Shown: positions 23,303 through 32,743 of the stretch, piece after piece
Layout of the letters: every line of letters begins with the position of its first letter
Numbering within the stretch: position 1 is the stretch's first letter
DNA from: an uncultured Thermoleophilia bacterium
GTDB taxonomy: Bacteria > Actinomycetota > Thermoleophilia > UBA2241
Length of the DNA stretch: 64,000 nt
Reading direction: 5' to 3'
Assembly: GCA_963715985.1 (NCBI GenBank)
Contig: CAVQSP010000008.1
Span: 64,001-128,000 of the forward strand
The notes under the pieces: generated by a model
The model's input: only the letters and a program-made list of their open reading frames with translations
Told to the model about the DNA's origin: nothing
The model's database searches: none
Made by a program: the position numbers and the translations under genes

Positions 23303-23890
23303 TCAGGCGGGCTTGTCCGGCGTGGGGCGGCGCGTGGACGGCTTCCCGGCGGGGGCGGCCTTGGAGCCGGCCTGGTTCTTTGCGGCGGCGCCCTTGGCGG
23401 CGCCCGGCTTCGCGGCCGCCTTGGGCTTGGGCGTCGCTGCCTTGGGTGAGGACTTCTTCGCGGCCGCGGGCTTTGCCGTCGCCGGCTTCCGGGCCGCCGG
23501 CTTCTTCGCCGGCGCAGGTGGCTCGGCGGGCGGTGCTTCCGCAGCGGGAGCCGCCACCTCTGCCGCCGGCGCGGTCTGCGCGTCGCCGGCCGCGGCCGTA
23601 GCGCTGTCACTCTCGTCGGGCTCGCCGCGCAGGGCCGCGATCTCCAGCTCTTTGTCCTTGAGCGCCCGGCGCGCGTCGTGGAGGGCCGTCGCGGTGTGCT
23701 CCAGGTCGGGGTGAGCGATCTCTCCGCGCTCGATGAGGGCGAAGGTGGCGTGTCCCAACTCGCGCTCCGCCTTGCGGATCTCGTTCTGCAGGACGACGGT
23801 CCGGGTCTGGGCGGCGGCGATCTTGCGGGCGCGTTCGGCGTCGGCGGCGAGTTCGCTCGCTTTGGTCTTGACGGTGTCGAAGAGCCCCAT
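23303..23890 (-). CDS. Hypothetical coiled-coil protein with histone H1-like Ala/Lys/Pro tail
   Basis: GGAGG RBS, MGLFDTVKTKASEL coiled coil, PAKKPAARKPATAKPAAAKK tail. Confidence 0.7.
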   Translation of the reverse strand: MGLFDTVKTKASELAADAERARKIAAAQTRTVVLQNEIRKAERELGHATFALIERGEIAHPDLEHTATALHDARRALKDKELEIAALRGEPDESDSATAAAGDAQTAPAAEVAAPAAEAPPAEPPAPAKKPAARKPATAKPAAAKKSSPKAATPKPKAAAKPGAAKGAAAKNQAGSKAAPAGKPSTRRPTPDKPA

Positions 23891-23936
23891 CCCGGCCTCC
23901 TTGTGACGCGCCCGGGTCGCCCGCACGCTGCTGGTC

Positions 23937-24469
23937 TCAGTCTGTTCCTTCGCCGCTGCCCAGTCCACCGTGCGACCGCGTGGCGCCGCGACCGTGGGCG
24001 CCCACGGCGGGCAGGACCAGCAGGCCCAGGGCGATGACGATCACGACCTCGAACGGCAGCGCGTAGCCGCTGATGTTGCGCGCCACGCGCGCGGGCTCGG
24101 ACCACAGGACGATGTATGACTTCCAGGCGGGGTTGTTGGTCATGTAGAGCCCGGTGAAGACGAGGCCGGGGATGAACCAGGGCCAGCTCGGGGCGAGGAA
24201 GAAGCTCAGGCCTGCCGGCATGGTGAGCCACCACACGCCCACGATCACCGCTTTGAGCGGGAAGTGCCGCGCGGCCCAGGCCCCGGGGATGAGGCCGGCG
24301 GTCCAGGCGACGATCGTGAGCGCGTTCAGCAGGCCGACGGTGAAGCGCGAGGCGCCGAGGTCGATCGCGTACACGAAGCGAAGAGTAGCTGCAGGTAGAG
24401 ACCCACACCGAGGGCGAACAGCAGGTTCGCGATCGCGGTGAGGCGAAGGTCGCGGTCGAGGTGGCGCAC
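23937..24469 (-). pseudogene. Truncated and frameshifted MFS transporter fragment
   Basis: MRHLDRDLRLTAIANLLFALGVGLY, then YAIDLGASRFTVGLL and about 5 TM segments only. Confidence 0.55.
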
Positions 24470-24644
24470 GGCGTCTCCGGGTCGGGGCCCCGATTCTGCG
24501 GCGCGGGAGGTGCCGGGCGCAGGCGGGGGCGGCGGCGAGGCCCCGCGGGCCCGCCGCCCCGGTTCCCCTGCACCGCCTCGTCGTGCATACTGACGCACTT
24601 CCACATCGCCACGCGCGAGTCCGGAATCTGAGAAAGGGGACACC

Positions 24645-25838
24645 GTGGAGCTGCGCCGCATCGACCGCCTGCCGCCCTACGTCTTCAGCATCGTCAACGA
24701 CATGAAGGCAGAGGCGCGGCGGCGCGGAGAGGACATCGTCGACCTGGGCATGGGCAATCCGGACCTGGCCACGCCCCAGCCCGTCGTGGACAAGCTCTCC
24801 CAGGCCGCGCAGAACGCGCGCAACCACCGCTACTCGGCCTCGCGCGGCATCACGAAGCTGCGCCAGGCGGTCTGCGACTGGTACGAGCGGCGCTTCGACG
24901 TGCACATGGACTCGGAGCGCGAGGCGCTGGTCTCGATCGGCGCCAAGGAGGGCCTTGCTCACCTCATGTGGGTGCTGCTGCGCTCGGGAGACTGCGCCCT
25001 CGTGCCGGCCCCTTCGTACCCCATCCACCAGTTCAGCTGCATCTTCGCCGGCGCCGAGGTCACCAGCGTGCCGTTGACGCACGACACGGCCGACTTCTTC
25101 GCCGACCTCAAGGACGCTTACCAGCGCACCTGGCCGCGGCCGCGCGTGATCCTCGTGAGCTTCCCGCACAACCCGACAGGCCACTGCGTGGACTTGGACT
25201 TCTTCGAGCGCCTCGTGGCCTTCGCGCGCGAGAACGACGTGGTGGTGATCCACGACTTCGCCTACGCGGAGATCGTCTTCGACGGCTACCGGCCGCCGAG
25301 CATCCTCCAGGTGCCGGGCGCCAGCGAGGTGGCCGTGGAGTTCGTCTCGCTCAGCAAGAGCCACAGCATGGCGGGCTGGCGCGTGGGCTTCTGCGTGGGC
25401 AATGCCGAGGCGGTGGCCGGCCTCCAGCGCCTGAAGAGCTACCTCGACTACGGCGTGTTCCAGCCCATCCAGATCGCCGCCATCACGGCGCTCAACGAGT
25501 GTGATGACGTGCCGTCCCAGCTGGCGGCCGTGTACCAGGGACGCCGCGACGCGCTGTGCGACGGGCTTGCCCGCGCCGGCTGGGAGGTGCACAAGCCGCG
25601 CGGCACGATGTTCGTGTGGGCGCGCATCCCGGCCCCGTACCGCGAGTTCGGCTCGCTCGAGTTCAGCAAGGTGCTGCTGCGGCAGGCCAAGGTGGCCGTG
25701 AGTCCGGGCGTGGGGTTCGGCTACTCCGCCGACGGGTTCGTCCGCTTCGCCCTGGTTGAGAACGAGGAGCGCATCCGTCAGGCTGTGAGAGGGATACGCA
25801 AGGTGATCGAGGCGGCACCGTCCGCTGGATCGGTGTGA
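24645..25838 (+). CDS. alaC: Class I/II PLP aminotransferase (AlaC-like)
   Basis: [57 protein letters not shown]. Confidence 0.85.
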   Translation: MELRRIDRLPPYVFSIVNDMKAEARRRGEDIVDLGMGNPDLATPQPVVDKLSQAAQNARNHRYSASRGITKLRQAVCDWYERRFDVHMDSEREALVSIGAKEGLAHLMWVLLRSGDCALVPAPSYPIHQFSCIFAGAEVTSVPLTHDTADFFADLKDAYQRTWPRPRVILVSFPHNPTGHCVDLDFFERLVAFARENDVVVIHDFAYAEIVFDGYRPPSILQVPGASEVAVEFVSLSKSHSMAGWRVGFCVGNAEAVAGLQRLKSYLDYGVFQPIQIAAITALNECDDVPSQLAAVYQGRRDALCDGLARAGWEVHKPRGTMFVWARIPAPYREFGSLEFSKVLLRQAKVAVSPGVGFGYSADGFVRFALVENEERIRQAVRGIRKVIEAAPSAGSV

Positions 25839-25842
25839 GGAG

Positions 25843-26652
25843 ATGAGCGGCGTGCAGATCGGCGGAATGGCGTTGCGGGACGGCGTCCTGCTGCAGAGTG
25901 ACCGGTACTGGGCCGCCGCCGTGCGCGCCGACGACGGTAGCGTGAAGATCACATCGGGCGCCAAGACTCCCATCCCCGGCCAGGATGCGCTGCGGCATGT
26001 GCCGCTCGTGCGCGGCCTCGCCCGGCTGGCCGAGTCGCTGGCCGTGCTGCCGGCCGTGCGCCGCGCCAGCGGCAAGCCGGTGCTGCCTCAGGAGGACCCG
26101 CGTCTGCTGGCGGCCACCGCCGCCAGTGCCGTGGCCACGGTGGCGCTGCGCGGCACACGCCGCGGCTCGCCACTTCTCAAGGAGCTCGCCGTGGCGGGCG
26201 TCTCCCTGGCGCCGCTCCTGCTGATGCTGCGCGACTCGCGGCTCGCCCGCTACCACGGCGCCGAGCACAAGAGCATCGCCGCCTATGAGGGAGGGGGGGA
26301 TGCCGCGGCGGCCGACAAGGAGCACGCGCGCTGCGGGTCCAACCTGATCGCGCCCATGGTCCTGACGTCCGTGGCCACGAGTCTGGTGTTGCGGGCGGCC
26401 GGCCGGGAGCGGCAGCCGCTGGCGACGTTCGTGGGGGGGCTGGTGAGCATCGGCACCGCCATGGAGCTGTTCTCGTGGATGGCGCGGCACCAGGACCATC
26501 CACTCTCGCGCACCCTGCGGCGCCCGGGTCTCGAACTGCAGCGCGTCTTCACCACCAGCGAGCCCTCCGAGGAGCAGCTCGACGTGGCCGACATGGCCCT
26601 GCGCGAGCTGCTGCGGCTGGAAGACGCGTCACCCGAGCCGGTACACGCCTGA
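25843..26652 (+). CDS. DUF1385 family protein
   Basis: IGGMALRDGV, YHGAEHKSI, HARCGSNL, GLELQRVFTTSEP. Confidence 0.85.
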   Translation: MSGVQIGGMALRDGVLLQSDRYWAAAVRADDGSVKITSGAKTPIPGQDALRHVPLVRGLARLAESLAVLPAVRRASGKPVLPQEDPRLLAATAASAVATVALRGTRRGSPLLKELAVAGVSLAPLLLMLRDSRLARYHGAEHKSIAAYEGGGDAAAADKEHARCGSNLIAPMVLTSVATSLVLRAAGRERQPLATFVGGLVSIGTAMELFSWMARHQDHPLSRTLRRPGLELQRVFTTSEPSEEQLDVADMALRELLRLEDASPEPVHA

Positions 26653-27253
26653 GCCTCGTGCGCGCGCCGCTCGGTGAGGGGTGCGCCTTCGGCGCCCCCC
26701 TCGTTGACCCCGCTGCGCCGGTCAGTGAGAGGTGCGCCTTCGGCGCCCCCCTCGTTGACCCCGCTGCGCCGGTCAATCTGAGAGGCGTGCGCTGGGCGAG
26801 CCGCGCCCGCCGGCGCTCGGCCGCTTCGGCCCAGCGCCTCTTCTGGTCGTCTGTCTGCGGCTCGAGCTTGGGCACCGGGATGGGCCGGCCGCTGCCGCTG
26901 AGCGCCACGAACACCAGGTACGCGGAGTTGGTGTGCGACACCATCCCCGTGGTGAGGTCCTCGGCCTCGACGCGGACGCCGACCTCGAGAGAGGTGGTGC
27001 CGGTGAAGTTGACGTTGGCCATCAGCCGCACGAGGTCGCCCGGCTGCACGGGGTGATGGAAGTCGATACGGTCGATGGCCGCGGTGACCACCGCCGTGCG
27101 GCAGAAGCGGTAGGCGCAGGCGCCGGCGGCCTCGTCGATGAGCTTCATCATGATGCCGCCGTGGATGTTGCCCATGTAGTTGGCGTCCGCCGGCTGCATG
27201 AGGTGAGTGAGGACGAGGCTCGTCTCGCTGCCGCGCGGCAGTGGCTCGTTCAT
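26549..27253 (-). CDS. Acyl-CoA thioesterase (hotdog fold). True 3' end is probably near 26775
   Basis: PADANYMGNIHGG, VVTAAID, GTTSLEVGVRV, AYLVFVAL, AAERRRAR. The ORF tail reads through a repeat. Confidence 0.85.
   Translation of the reverse strand: MNEPLPRGSETSLVLTHLMQPADANYMGNIHGGIMMKLIDEAAGACAYRFCRTAVVTAAIDRIDFHHPVQPGDLVRLMANVNFTGTTSLEVGVRVEAEDLTTGMVSHTNSAYLVFVALSGSGRPIPVPKLEPQTDDQKRRWAEAAERRRARLAQRTPLRLTGAAGSTRGAPKAHLSLTGAAGSTRGAPKAHPSPSGARTRLRRVPARVTRLPAAAARAGPCRPRRAAPRRARWW
26674..26775. repeat. Two tandem 51-bp palindromic (REP-like) units
   Basis: GTGAG(G/A)GGTGCGCCTTCGGCGCCCCCCTCGTTGACCCCGCTGCGCCGGTCA twice, one mismatch. Confidence 0.85.
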
Positions 27254-27274
27254 GGAGTCTCCGAAGGGCCGCGG

Positions 27275-27472
27275 CTAGATGTCAAGGCCGCCGGGTGCGC
27301 GCCGCCGTCGGCGATCGCGCACCGTGCGGATGCCCCCGCCGGAGCGATCGTGGCGTCGCTCGCCCTCGCGGCGGTCGACGATGACCTTGACGTTGGCGTT
27401 GCCCTTGTAGTGCTCGACGAGGCGCTGGAACGCTTCGTCGCCGAGCTCGCGCGGTACGACACAGTAGATCAA
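27275..27472 (-). CDS. Small hypothetical protein
   Basis: AGGGAGG RBS before TTG. MIYCVVPRELGDEAFQRLVEHYKGNANVKVIVDRREGERR. Confidence 0.55.
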   Translation of the reverse strand: MIYCVVPRELGDEAFQRLVEHYKGNANVKVIVDRREGERRHDRSGGGIRTVRDRRRRRAPGGLDI

Positions 27473-27716
27473 CGACGCCTCCCTGCGATCCCGCTCACGG
27501 TAGCACATGGGCCGGGCGCCTCGCCAGGCAAGAAGTGAGGGCCGGGACCGGCCGCTCCTGCCGGTCCCGGCCCTCTGAAGGGGGTACCGTGAGTCTGTAT
27601 CGGCAGCCCTGCGCCGGACCTTGAGCCGAAATCTCGCGGCCGTCTGGTAGGCTTTCCGGCGGGCAAGTGGAGGGAGGCCGTCGTGACGGCGTCGGCCGCG
27701 AGCGGGATGTGAGGCG

Positions 27717-29909
27717 ATGACCGACGGTGCCGGGCGGCAGGACGTCCTGGCGATCGCCTCTGGCGTCAGCCTTGCGATCGCCGACAGTCCGGATCTGCAC
27801 GAGATGCTCACCGTCGTGGCGCGGCGCACGGCCGAGGCCCTCGACGTGTGGGAGTGCGACGTCTACGAGTACCGCGCGGAGAGCGAGGACCTCGTGGGTG
27901 TGGCCCTGTGGGCGCGGGAGCTGGACGACGCCGATCGTGCATGGCTGGGCACCGTCTTTCCTCTCGCGGAACGGCCCAGCTTCCGGTGCCTTGTCAAGGA
28001 GCGGGCCCTGCGTGAATACCACCGTGCCGACCCCGGTCTGACCGCGGCGGACCGCGCCGTCATGGAGCGCTGGGGTGAGCACAGCATCGTCTCGCTGCCC
28101 CTCGTCTTTCAGGACAAGGTCATCGGTGCGCTCTCCCTGGTGGAGAAGCGCGGGCCTCGCACCTTCACGGCGGACGAGATGCGCCTGCTCGAAGTGCTGG
28201 CGGTGCCGGCGGCGGTGGCCGTGCAGAACGCGCGCCTCCTGCGTCGCGAGGCGGACCAGAACCGTCGCCTCCAGGCCCTCCTCACCGCCACTCGCGCCAT
28301 GGCGACGGCGACCGGGCTGGACGAGTTGCTCAACGCCATCGCGCGCACCGCGCGGGAAGCTCTGGACGCGGACGAGTGCGCCATCGACACGTACGACCCG
28401 GCGGCCGACTCCATCACCGTCCGCGCCTTCCAGTCCCGCGCGCCGAGGCCGGACGACGTACGGCACGTCGGGACGTCGTTCTCCCTGGCCGAGTATCCCG
28501 CCGACCGGACCATCCTTCTCAACGGCGAGATCGTGGAGGAGAGAGTCTCGGACCCGGATCTCGACGACACCAACCGTCGGTCGATGATCGAGAACGGGGA
28601 AGCCTCCTGCCTCAGCGTGCCGCTGGTCTATGAGGCGCGGCCCATCGGCCTGCTTGCCTTCTTCCAGCTCGAGGAAGAGCGCCACTTCACCGACCAGGAG
28701 ACGGAGCTGGCAGAGGCGCTGGGCGAGCACGCCTCGGCGGCCATCCACCACGCCGAGCTTGTGGAGCAGACCGAGCGCCAGAACCGTCATCTCAACGCCA
28801 TCATCGACGCCACGCGTGCCATCAGCACCAGCGTGGACCTCGACGAGGTGCTCGCCATCGTGGCGCGCACGACCGCCGAGGCCCTCGGCGCGGAGCAGTG
28901 CCAGATCCAGGAGTTCAACGCGGCCGCCAACACGGTGACGCCGATCGTGTTCTGGCAGCGTCACGAGGAGCGCCCGGCGCCCGACAGCCTCCACCGCACG
29001 TACTCGCTGGACGACGAGCCCGACGAACGCGCCTTCCTGGAGTCCAAGACGGTGATCCAACAGCTCTACTCGGATCCTGAGCTGAGCCCGATCACGAAGG
29101 CGACGATGGCGAGGTACGGCGACCTCTCGTACCTGAACCTGCCGCTGGTGTCAGGCGACCAGTCGTTCGGGGTCATGGTGCTCGTGGAGACCGACTATGA
29201 ACGCCGCTGGACCGACGAGGACATCGCCCTCGGTCGCGCGCTGGGCGATCAGGCGGCCGTGGCCATCGAACAGGCGCGGCTCTACCAGATGATCCGCGAC
29301 CAGGCCATCACCGACGGGCTGACGAGCCTGTACAACCACCGCTACTTCTACGAGCGGCTGGAGCAGGAGGTCGCGAGGGCGCGGAGATACGGCACGCCGG
29401 TGTCGCTGCTGATGATCGACCTCGACGACTTCAAGGCGTACAACGACCGCCACGGCCACCCCGCCGGCGACGCGGTGCTGCGCGAGGTGGCCGCGGTGCT
29501 GCGCGCGGAGCTCAGGGCGCGGCTGGACATCGCGGCCCGCTACGGTGGCGAGGAGTTCGCCGTCATCCTTCCCAACACGCCGATGAACCTCGACACCGGC
29601 ACGCAGATGCAGATCGACCTGGCGGGGGAGTCTCTTGCGGCAGGGCCCCCGTCGGGCGCCGACGCCGAAGCGCCCCCGCCGGGTCACCGCGGCGGTGCGG
29701 AGGAGGTGGGCGAGAGGATCCGGCGCCGGGTGGCCGAGACCGAGTTCGTCGGCGCCTCCAGTGCTCGCCCGGCGCGGCTCACGGTGAGCGTGGGCGTCGC
29801 GGTCTTCCCGCACAAGACGGCGTCCGCCGAGGAGCTTGTGGGCAATGCCGACGCGGCCCTCTACAAGGCCAAACGCGCCGGCAAGGACCGGGTGGAGACC
29901 TACGGGTGA
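27717..29909 (+). CDS. Diguanylate cyclase with three tandem GAF domains
   Basis: Three repeated GAF units (LDELL..IAR...ALDADEC...PLV...IG.L), then TDGLTSLYNHR, DLDDFKAYNDRHGH, RYGGEEF, ADAALYKAK. Confidence 0.92.
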   Translation: MTDGAGRQDVLAIASGVSLAIADSPDLHEMLTVVARRTAEALDVWECDVYEYRAESEDLVGVALWARELDDADRAWLGTVFPLAERPSFRCLVKERALREYHRADPGLTAADRAVMERWGEHSIVSLPLVFQDKVIGALSLVEKRGPRTFTADEMRLLEVLAVPAAVAVQNARLLRREADQNRRLQALLTATRAMATATGLDELLNAIARTAREALDADECAIDTYDPAADSITVRAFQSRAPRPDDVRHVGTSFSLAEYPADRTILLNGEIVEERVSDPDLDDTNRRSMIENGEASCLSVPLVYEARPIGLLAFFQLEEERHFTDQETELAEALGEHASAAIHHAELVEQTERQNRHLNAIIDATRAISTSVDLDEVLAIVARTTAEALGAEQCQIQEFNAAANTVTPIVFWQRHEERPAPDSLHRTYSLDDEPDERAFLESKTVIQQLYSDPELSPITKATMARYGDLSYLNLPLVSGDQSFGVMVLVETDYERRWTDEDIALGRALGDQAAVAIEQARLYQMIRDQAITDGLTSLYNHRYFYERLEQEVARARRYGTPVSLLMIDLDDFKAYNDRHGHPAGDAVLREVAAVLRAELRARLDIAARYGGEEFAVILPNTPMNLDTGTQMQIDLAGESLAAGPPSGADAEAPPPGHRGGAEEVGERIRRRVAETEFVGASSARPARLTVSVGVAVFPHKTASAEELVGNADAALYKAKRAGKDRVETYG

Positions 29910-29957
29910 CGCGCCGGCGTCACTGTACGGCGATGATGAGCGTCTTGCTGTAGCCCT

Positions 29958-30350
29958 TCACGCCGCCGGCCTGCCACACGGCGCGGTGCCTGTGCCCTCG
30001 GGATGCATCCACGCGGCCCGGCAGCGGGCGATGCCCGTCGTCGACGCCCCGGCCTTGACTGTGAACGTCATCGTGCCCAGCCGCCCGCCCCTGGTCCACG
30101 TGATCGCCTTGCTGCCGATGCGCACGAGGTGCCCGTCCTTGTCCTGCATGATGACCGCGCTACGCATGCCGTCCGCGCGCTCCGGGTCACGGATGGTCGC
30201 GGTGAGCTTGGCCCGCGACCCGTCGGCGGCGGAGTTCGGCCCGCGGAGCTTCACGCTCACGCCGACGGGGTCCGCGGACGCGGCGGGGGCCAGCACGACC
30301 ACGAGCACGGCGGCGATGACGGCGGCGAGCGCCAGAGTCCTGAGTCTCAC
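29958..30350 (-). CDS. Secreted hypothetical protein (paralog A)
   Basis: Signal peptide ending ASA. Shares GVS.KL.GP..ADGS..LTATI.D and GHL.RI.SK...W with its neighbour. Confidence 0.6.
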   Translation of the reverse strand: MRLRTLALAAVIAAVLVVVLAPAASADPVGVSVKLRGPNSAADGSRAKLTATIRDPERADGMRSAVIMQDKDGHLVRIGSKAITWTRGGRLGTMTFTVKAGASTTGIARCRAAWMHPEGTGTAPCGRPAA

Positions 30351-30413
30351 TCGTCGGCCTCCCGTTCATTGCGTGGTGCGCCGGTGGCGCCCCCGCCGGT
30401 CATGCTGGGCCGA

Positions 30414-30815
30414 TCAGTCGATCTCGACGCGCCAGACGTTGCTGCGCGTGACCCCGGCGGGGTTTCTCCAGGCAACGCGATATGCGGCGATGCCCATGGC
30501 CGTCGGCGTCGGGTAGATGTGCTTGAAGATCACGAAGCCGATGGAGCCGCCCACTTCCCAGGCCACCGTCTTGCTCGCGATGCGGCGCAGGTGCCCGTTC
30601 TTGTTTTGGAGGAGCACGGCGACCCGGCTGCCGCCACCGTACTTGAGCGAATCCTTGATCGTGGCCGTGAGCTCGATGGCCGAGCCGTCGGCGACGTGGC
30701 TCGGCCCCTTGAGCTTGATCGACACGCCGGTGGTGCCGGCCGCTGCCGCAGGCGCCAGGACCACCAGGACGAGGGCGGCCACCAACACGGCCAGCACCAG
30801 GGACTTGAGCTTCAT
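30414..30815 (-). CDS. Secreted hypothetical protein (paralog B)
   Basis: GGGAGG RBS, MKLKSLVLAVLVAALVLVVLAPAAAA signal peptide, beta-rich basic domain. Confidence 0.65.
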   Translation of the reverse strand: MKLKSLVLAVLVAALVLVVLAPAAAAGTTGVSIKLKGPSHVADGSAIELTATIKDSLKYGGGSRVAVLLQNKNGHLRRIASKTVAWEVGGSIGFVIFKHIYPTPTAMGIAAYRVAWRNPAGVTRSNVWRVEID

Positions 30816-30938
30816 CCTCCCACCTCCGCAGACGGGCTGTGCCGCGCCGGCCGGGCGGACGACGTCCGCCGGGGCGCGGCTCTCTCTCCCCTCTGTCGGC
30901 ACGGAGGGCGCGGAGGTGGAGTGGCGGATGCCGCCTGA

Positions 30939-30967
30939 TGAAGGGTGCACCTTAGGCACCCCGCTCG
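30939..30967. repeat. Diverged single copy of the REP-like unit
   Basis: TGAAGGGTGCACCTTAGGCACCCCGCTCG compared with TGAGGGGTGCGCCTTCGGCGCCCCCCTCG at 26675. Confidence 0.5.
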
Positions 30968-32743
30968 CTAGCCCTGCTGCGCCGGCTGGTCCTTGCCGAG
31001 GGCGGTGAGCGCGTCCAGGAGGGCGGGGTCCCCGCCCAGCACCTGCGCCGCGGCGCCCTCGACGCGCGCGGCCATAGCGTCGACGAAGTAGTTGGCCGCG
31101 AGCAGCTTGCGCGTGTCCGTCTGAGCCGCACGCAGCAACAGATAGCCGCTGCACACGTCGATGCTCATGTCCGTGAGGCGGCGGCCGTGGAAGTCGCGGT
31201 AGCGCACGTCGTCGAGGTCGCGGACGCGGGCGATGGACTCCGCCAGGCGTGCGCGGGCGTGGCGCACGCGCGCCAGCAGCTCGGGTGTGGCGGAGAGGTC
31301 CTCGGCGTCGAACTCGTCGAGCCGGCCGCCGAGCGTGCCGCCGAGAATGCCGCCGAGGGCAGCGACGACCTGCAGCTGGGTGGTGCCCTCGTAGATGTTG
31401 GTGATGCGCGCGTCGCGCGCGTGGCGCTCCACGGCGAAGTCGCGCATGTAGCCTGAGCCGCCGTGGACCTGCAGCGACTCGTAGGCGACCGTGTTGGCCA
31501 TCTCCGTGCAATCCGCTTTGGCGAGCGGCGTGAACAGCGCCGCGAGGCGCGTGTACTTCTTGAGCTCGGCGCGCAGCTCCTTGATGTCGGAGTCGGCGGC
31601 GTGCCCGCCGCCGGCCGGCGTAGCCTCGCCGGCCTCCTGGAGCCGCCCGATGCGGTGCTCCAGCATCTCCTTGGTGTCGACGATGAGCGCCGTCTCGTAG
31701 AGCAGGGCGCGAGCGGCCTCGATGCTCACCTTCATGTCGGCGAGCATGCCCTTGACGGCGGTGAGCTCGGCGATCGGCGCTCCGAACTGCACGCGCTCGG
31801 CGGCGTACTTGGCGGCCGCCCTGTACGCCGCCTCGGCGATGCCCTGTGCCTGCGCCGCGATGGCGATGCGGGCGCCGTTCATGAGGCTCATGACGTAGGT
31901 CGTGAGGCCGCGACGGCGTTCGCCCACGAGCAGTGCCGGAGCATCGTCGAACTGCAGCTCGCAGGTGGGCGAGGCGTGGATGCCGAGCTTGTCCTCGAGA
32001 CGCCGGATGCGCATGTGCTCGTCGCGCTCGTAGAGGAACATGCTGAGCCCACGAGCGTCGGTGGTGCCCTCCTCGGAACGCGCCAGCACGAGGCTCAGCT
32101 GGCCGCAGCCGTTGGTGATGAAGCGCTTGACGCCGTTGAGGCGCCAGGTGCCGTCCGGCTGCTCCGTGGCCTTGAGCTGGACGTTCTGGAGGTCGCTGCC
32201 GGCCTCCGGCTCGGTGAGCGCCATGCTGGCGGTCACCTCGCCGCTGGCGAAGCGCGGCAGGTACGCGGCCTTCATCTCGTCGTCGGCGAACTTGTTCACC
32301 GTCTCGGCGATGTCCTGGAGGCCGAAGATGTTCATGAGCGCCGGGTCCGCGCGGCTCACCATCTCGACGATCATCACGGAGACGGTGACGGGGAAGTTGA
32401 GGCCGCCGTACTCGCGCGGCAGTGTGATGCCCATGAGGTCGGCCTGCTTGAGGCGCTCCAGCCCCTGGGCGATCCCCGGCGCGTAGCAGACCTCGCCGTC
32501 CACGAGTTCGCTGCCGGCACGGTCGGCGTCCTCGGCGCGCGGCTCGATGTACTCGCCGGCGATCTCGCCGACGATGTCCAGCGTGCGCTCGTAGGAGTCC
32601 AGTGCGTCCTCGAAGTCGCGCGGCGCGTAGGCGAAGTCCTGCGCCTGCGCGTAGTCGTCCTCACGCAGGCGCACGATGCGCGCCAGGTCGAGGCGGCGCA
32701 GCGTGGCCCGCAGGTCCGGGTTGTCGCTGTAGAAGTTGCTCAT
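30968..32743 (-). CDS. Acyl-CoA dehydrogenase (long form)
   Basis: MALTEPEAGSDL, NGVKRFITNG, KLGIHASPTCEL, QVHGGSGY, IYEGTTQLQ. Confidence 0.9.
   Translation of the reverse strand: MSNFYSDNPDLRATLRRLDLARIVRLREDDYAQAQDFAYAPRDFEDALDSYERTLDIVGEIAGEYIEPRAEDADRAGSELVDGEVCYAPGIAQGLERLKQADLMGITLPREYGGLNFPVTVSVMIVEMVSRADPALMNIFGLQDIAETVNKFADDEMKAAYLPRFASGEVTASMALTEPEAGSDLQNVQLKATEQPDGTWRLNGVKRFITNGCGQLSLVLARSEEGTTDARGLSMFLYERDEHMRIRRLEDKLGIHASPTCELQFDDAPALLVGERRRGLTTYVMSLMNGARIAIAAQAQGIAEAAYRAAAKYAAERVQFGAPIAELTAVKGMLADMKVSIEAARALLYETALIVDTKEMLEHRIGRLQEAGEATPAGGGHAADSDIKELRAELKKYTRLAALFTPLAKADCTEMANTVAYESLQVHGGSGYMRDFAVERHARDARITNIYEGTTQLQVVAALGGILGGTLGGRLDEFDAEDLSATPELLARVRHARARLAESIARVRDLDDVRYRDFHGRRLTDMSIDVCSGYLLLRAAQTDTRKLLAANYFVDAMAARVEGAAAQVLGGDPALLDALTALGKDQPAQQG

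Noticed and set aside
26674-26775. Possible CRISPR array
   Set aside because: Only two directly abutting units, no unique spacers and no cas genes.
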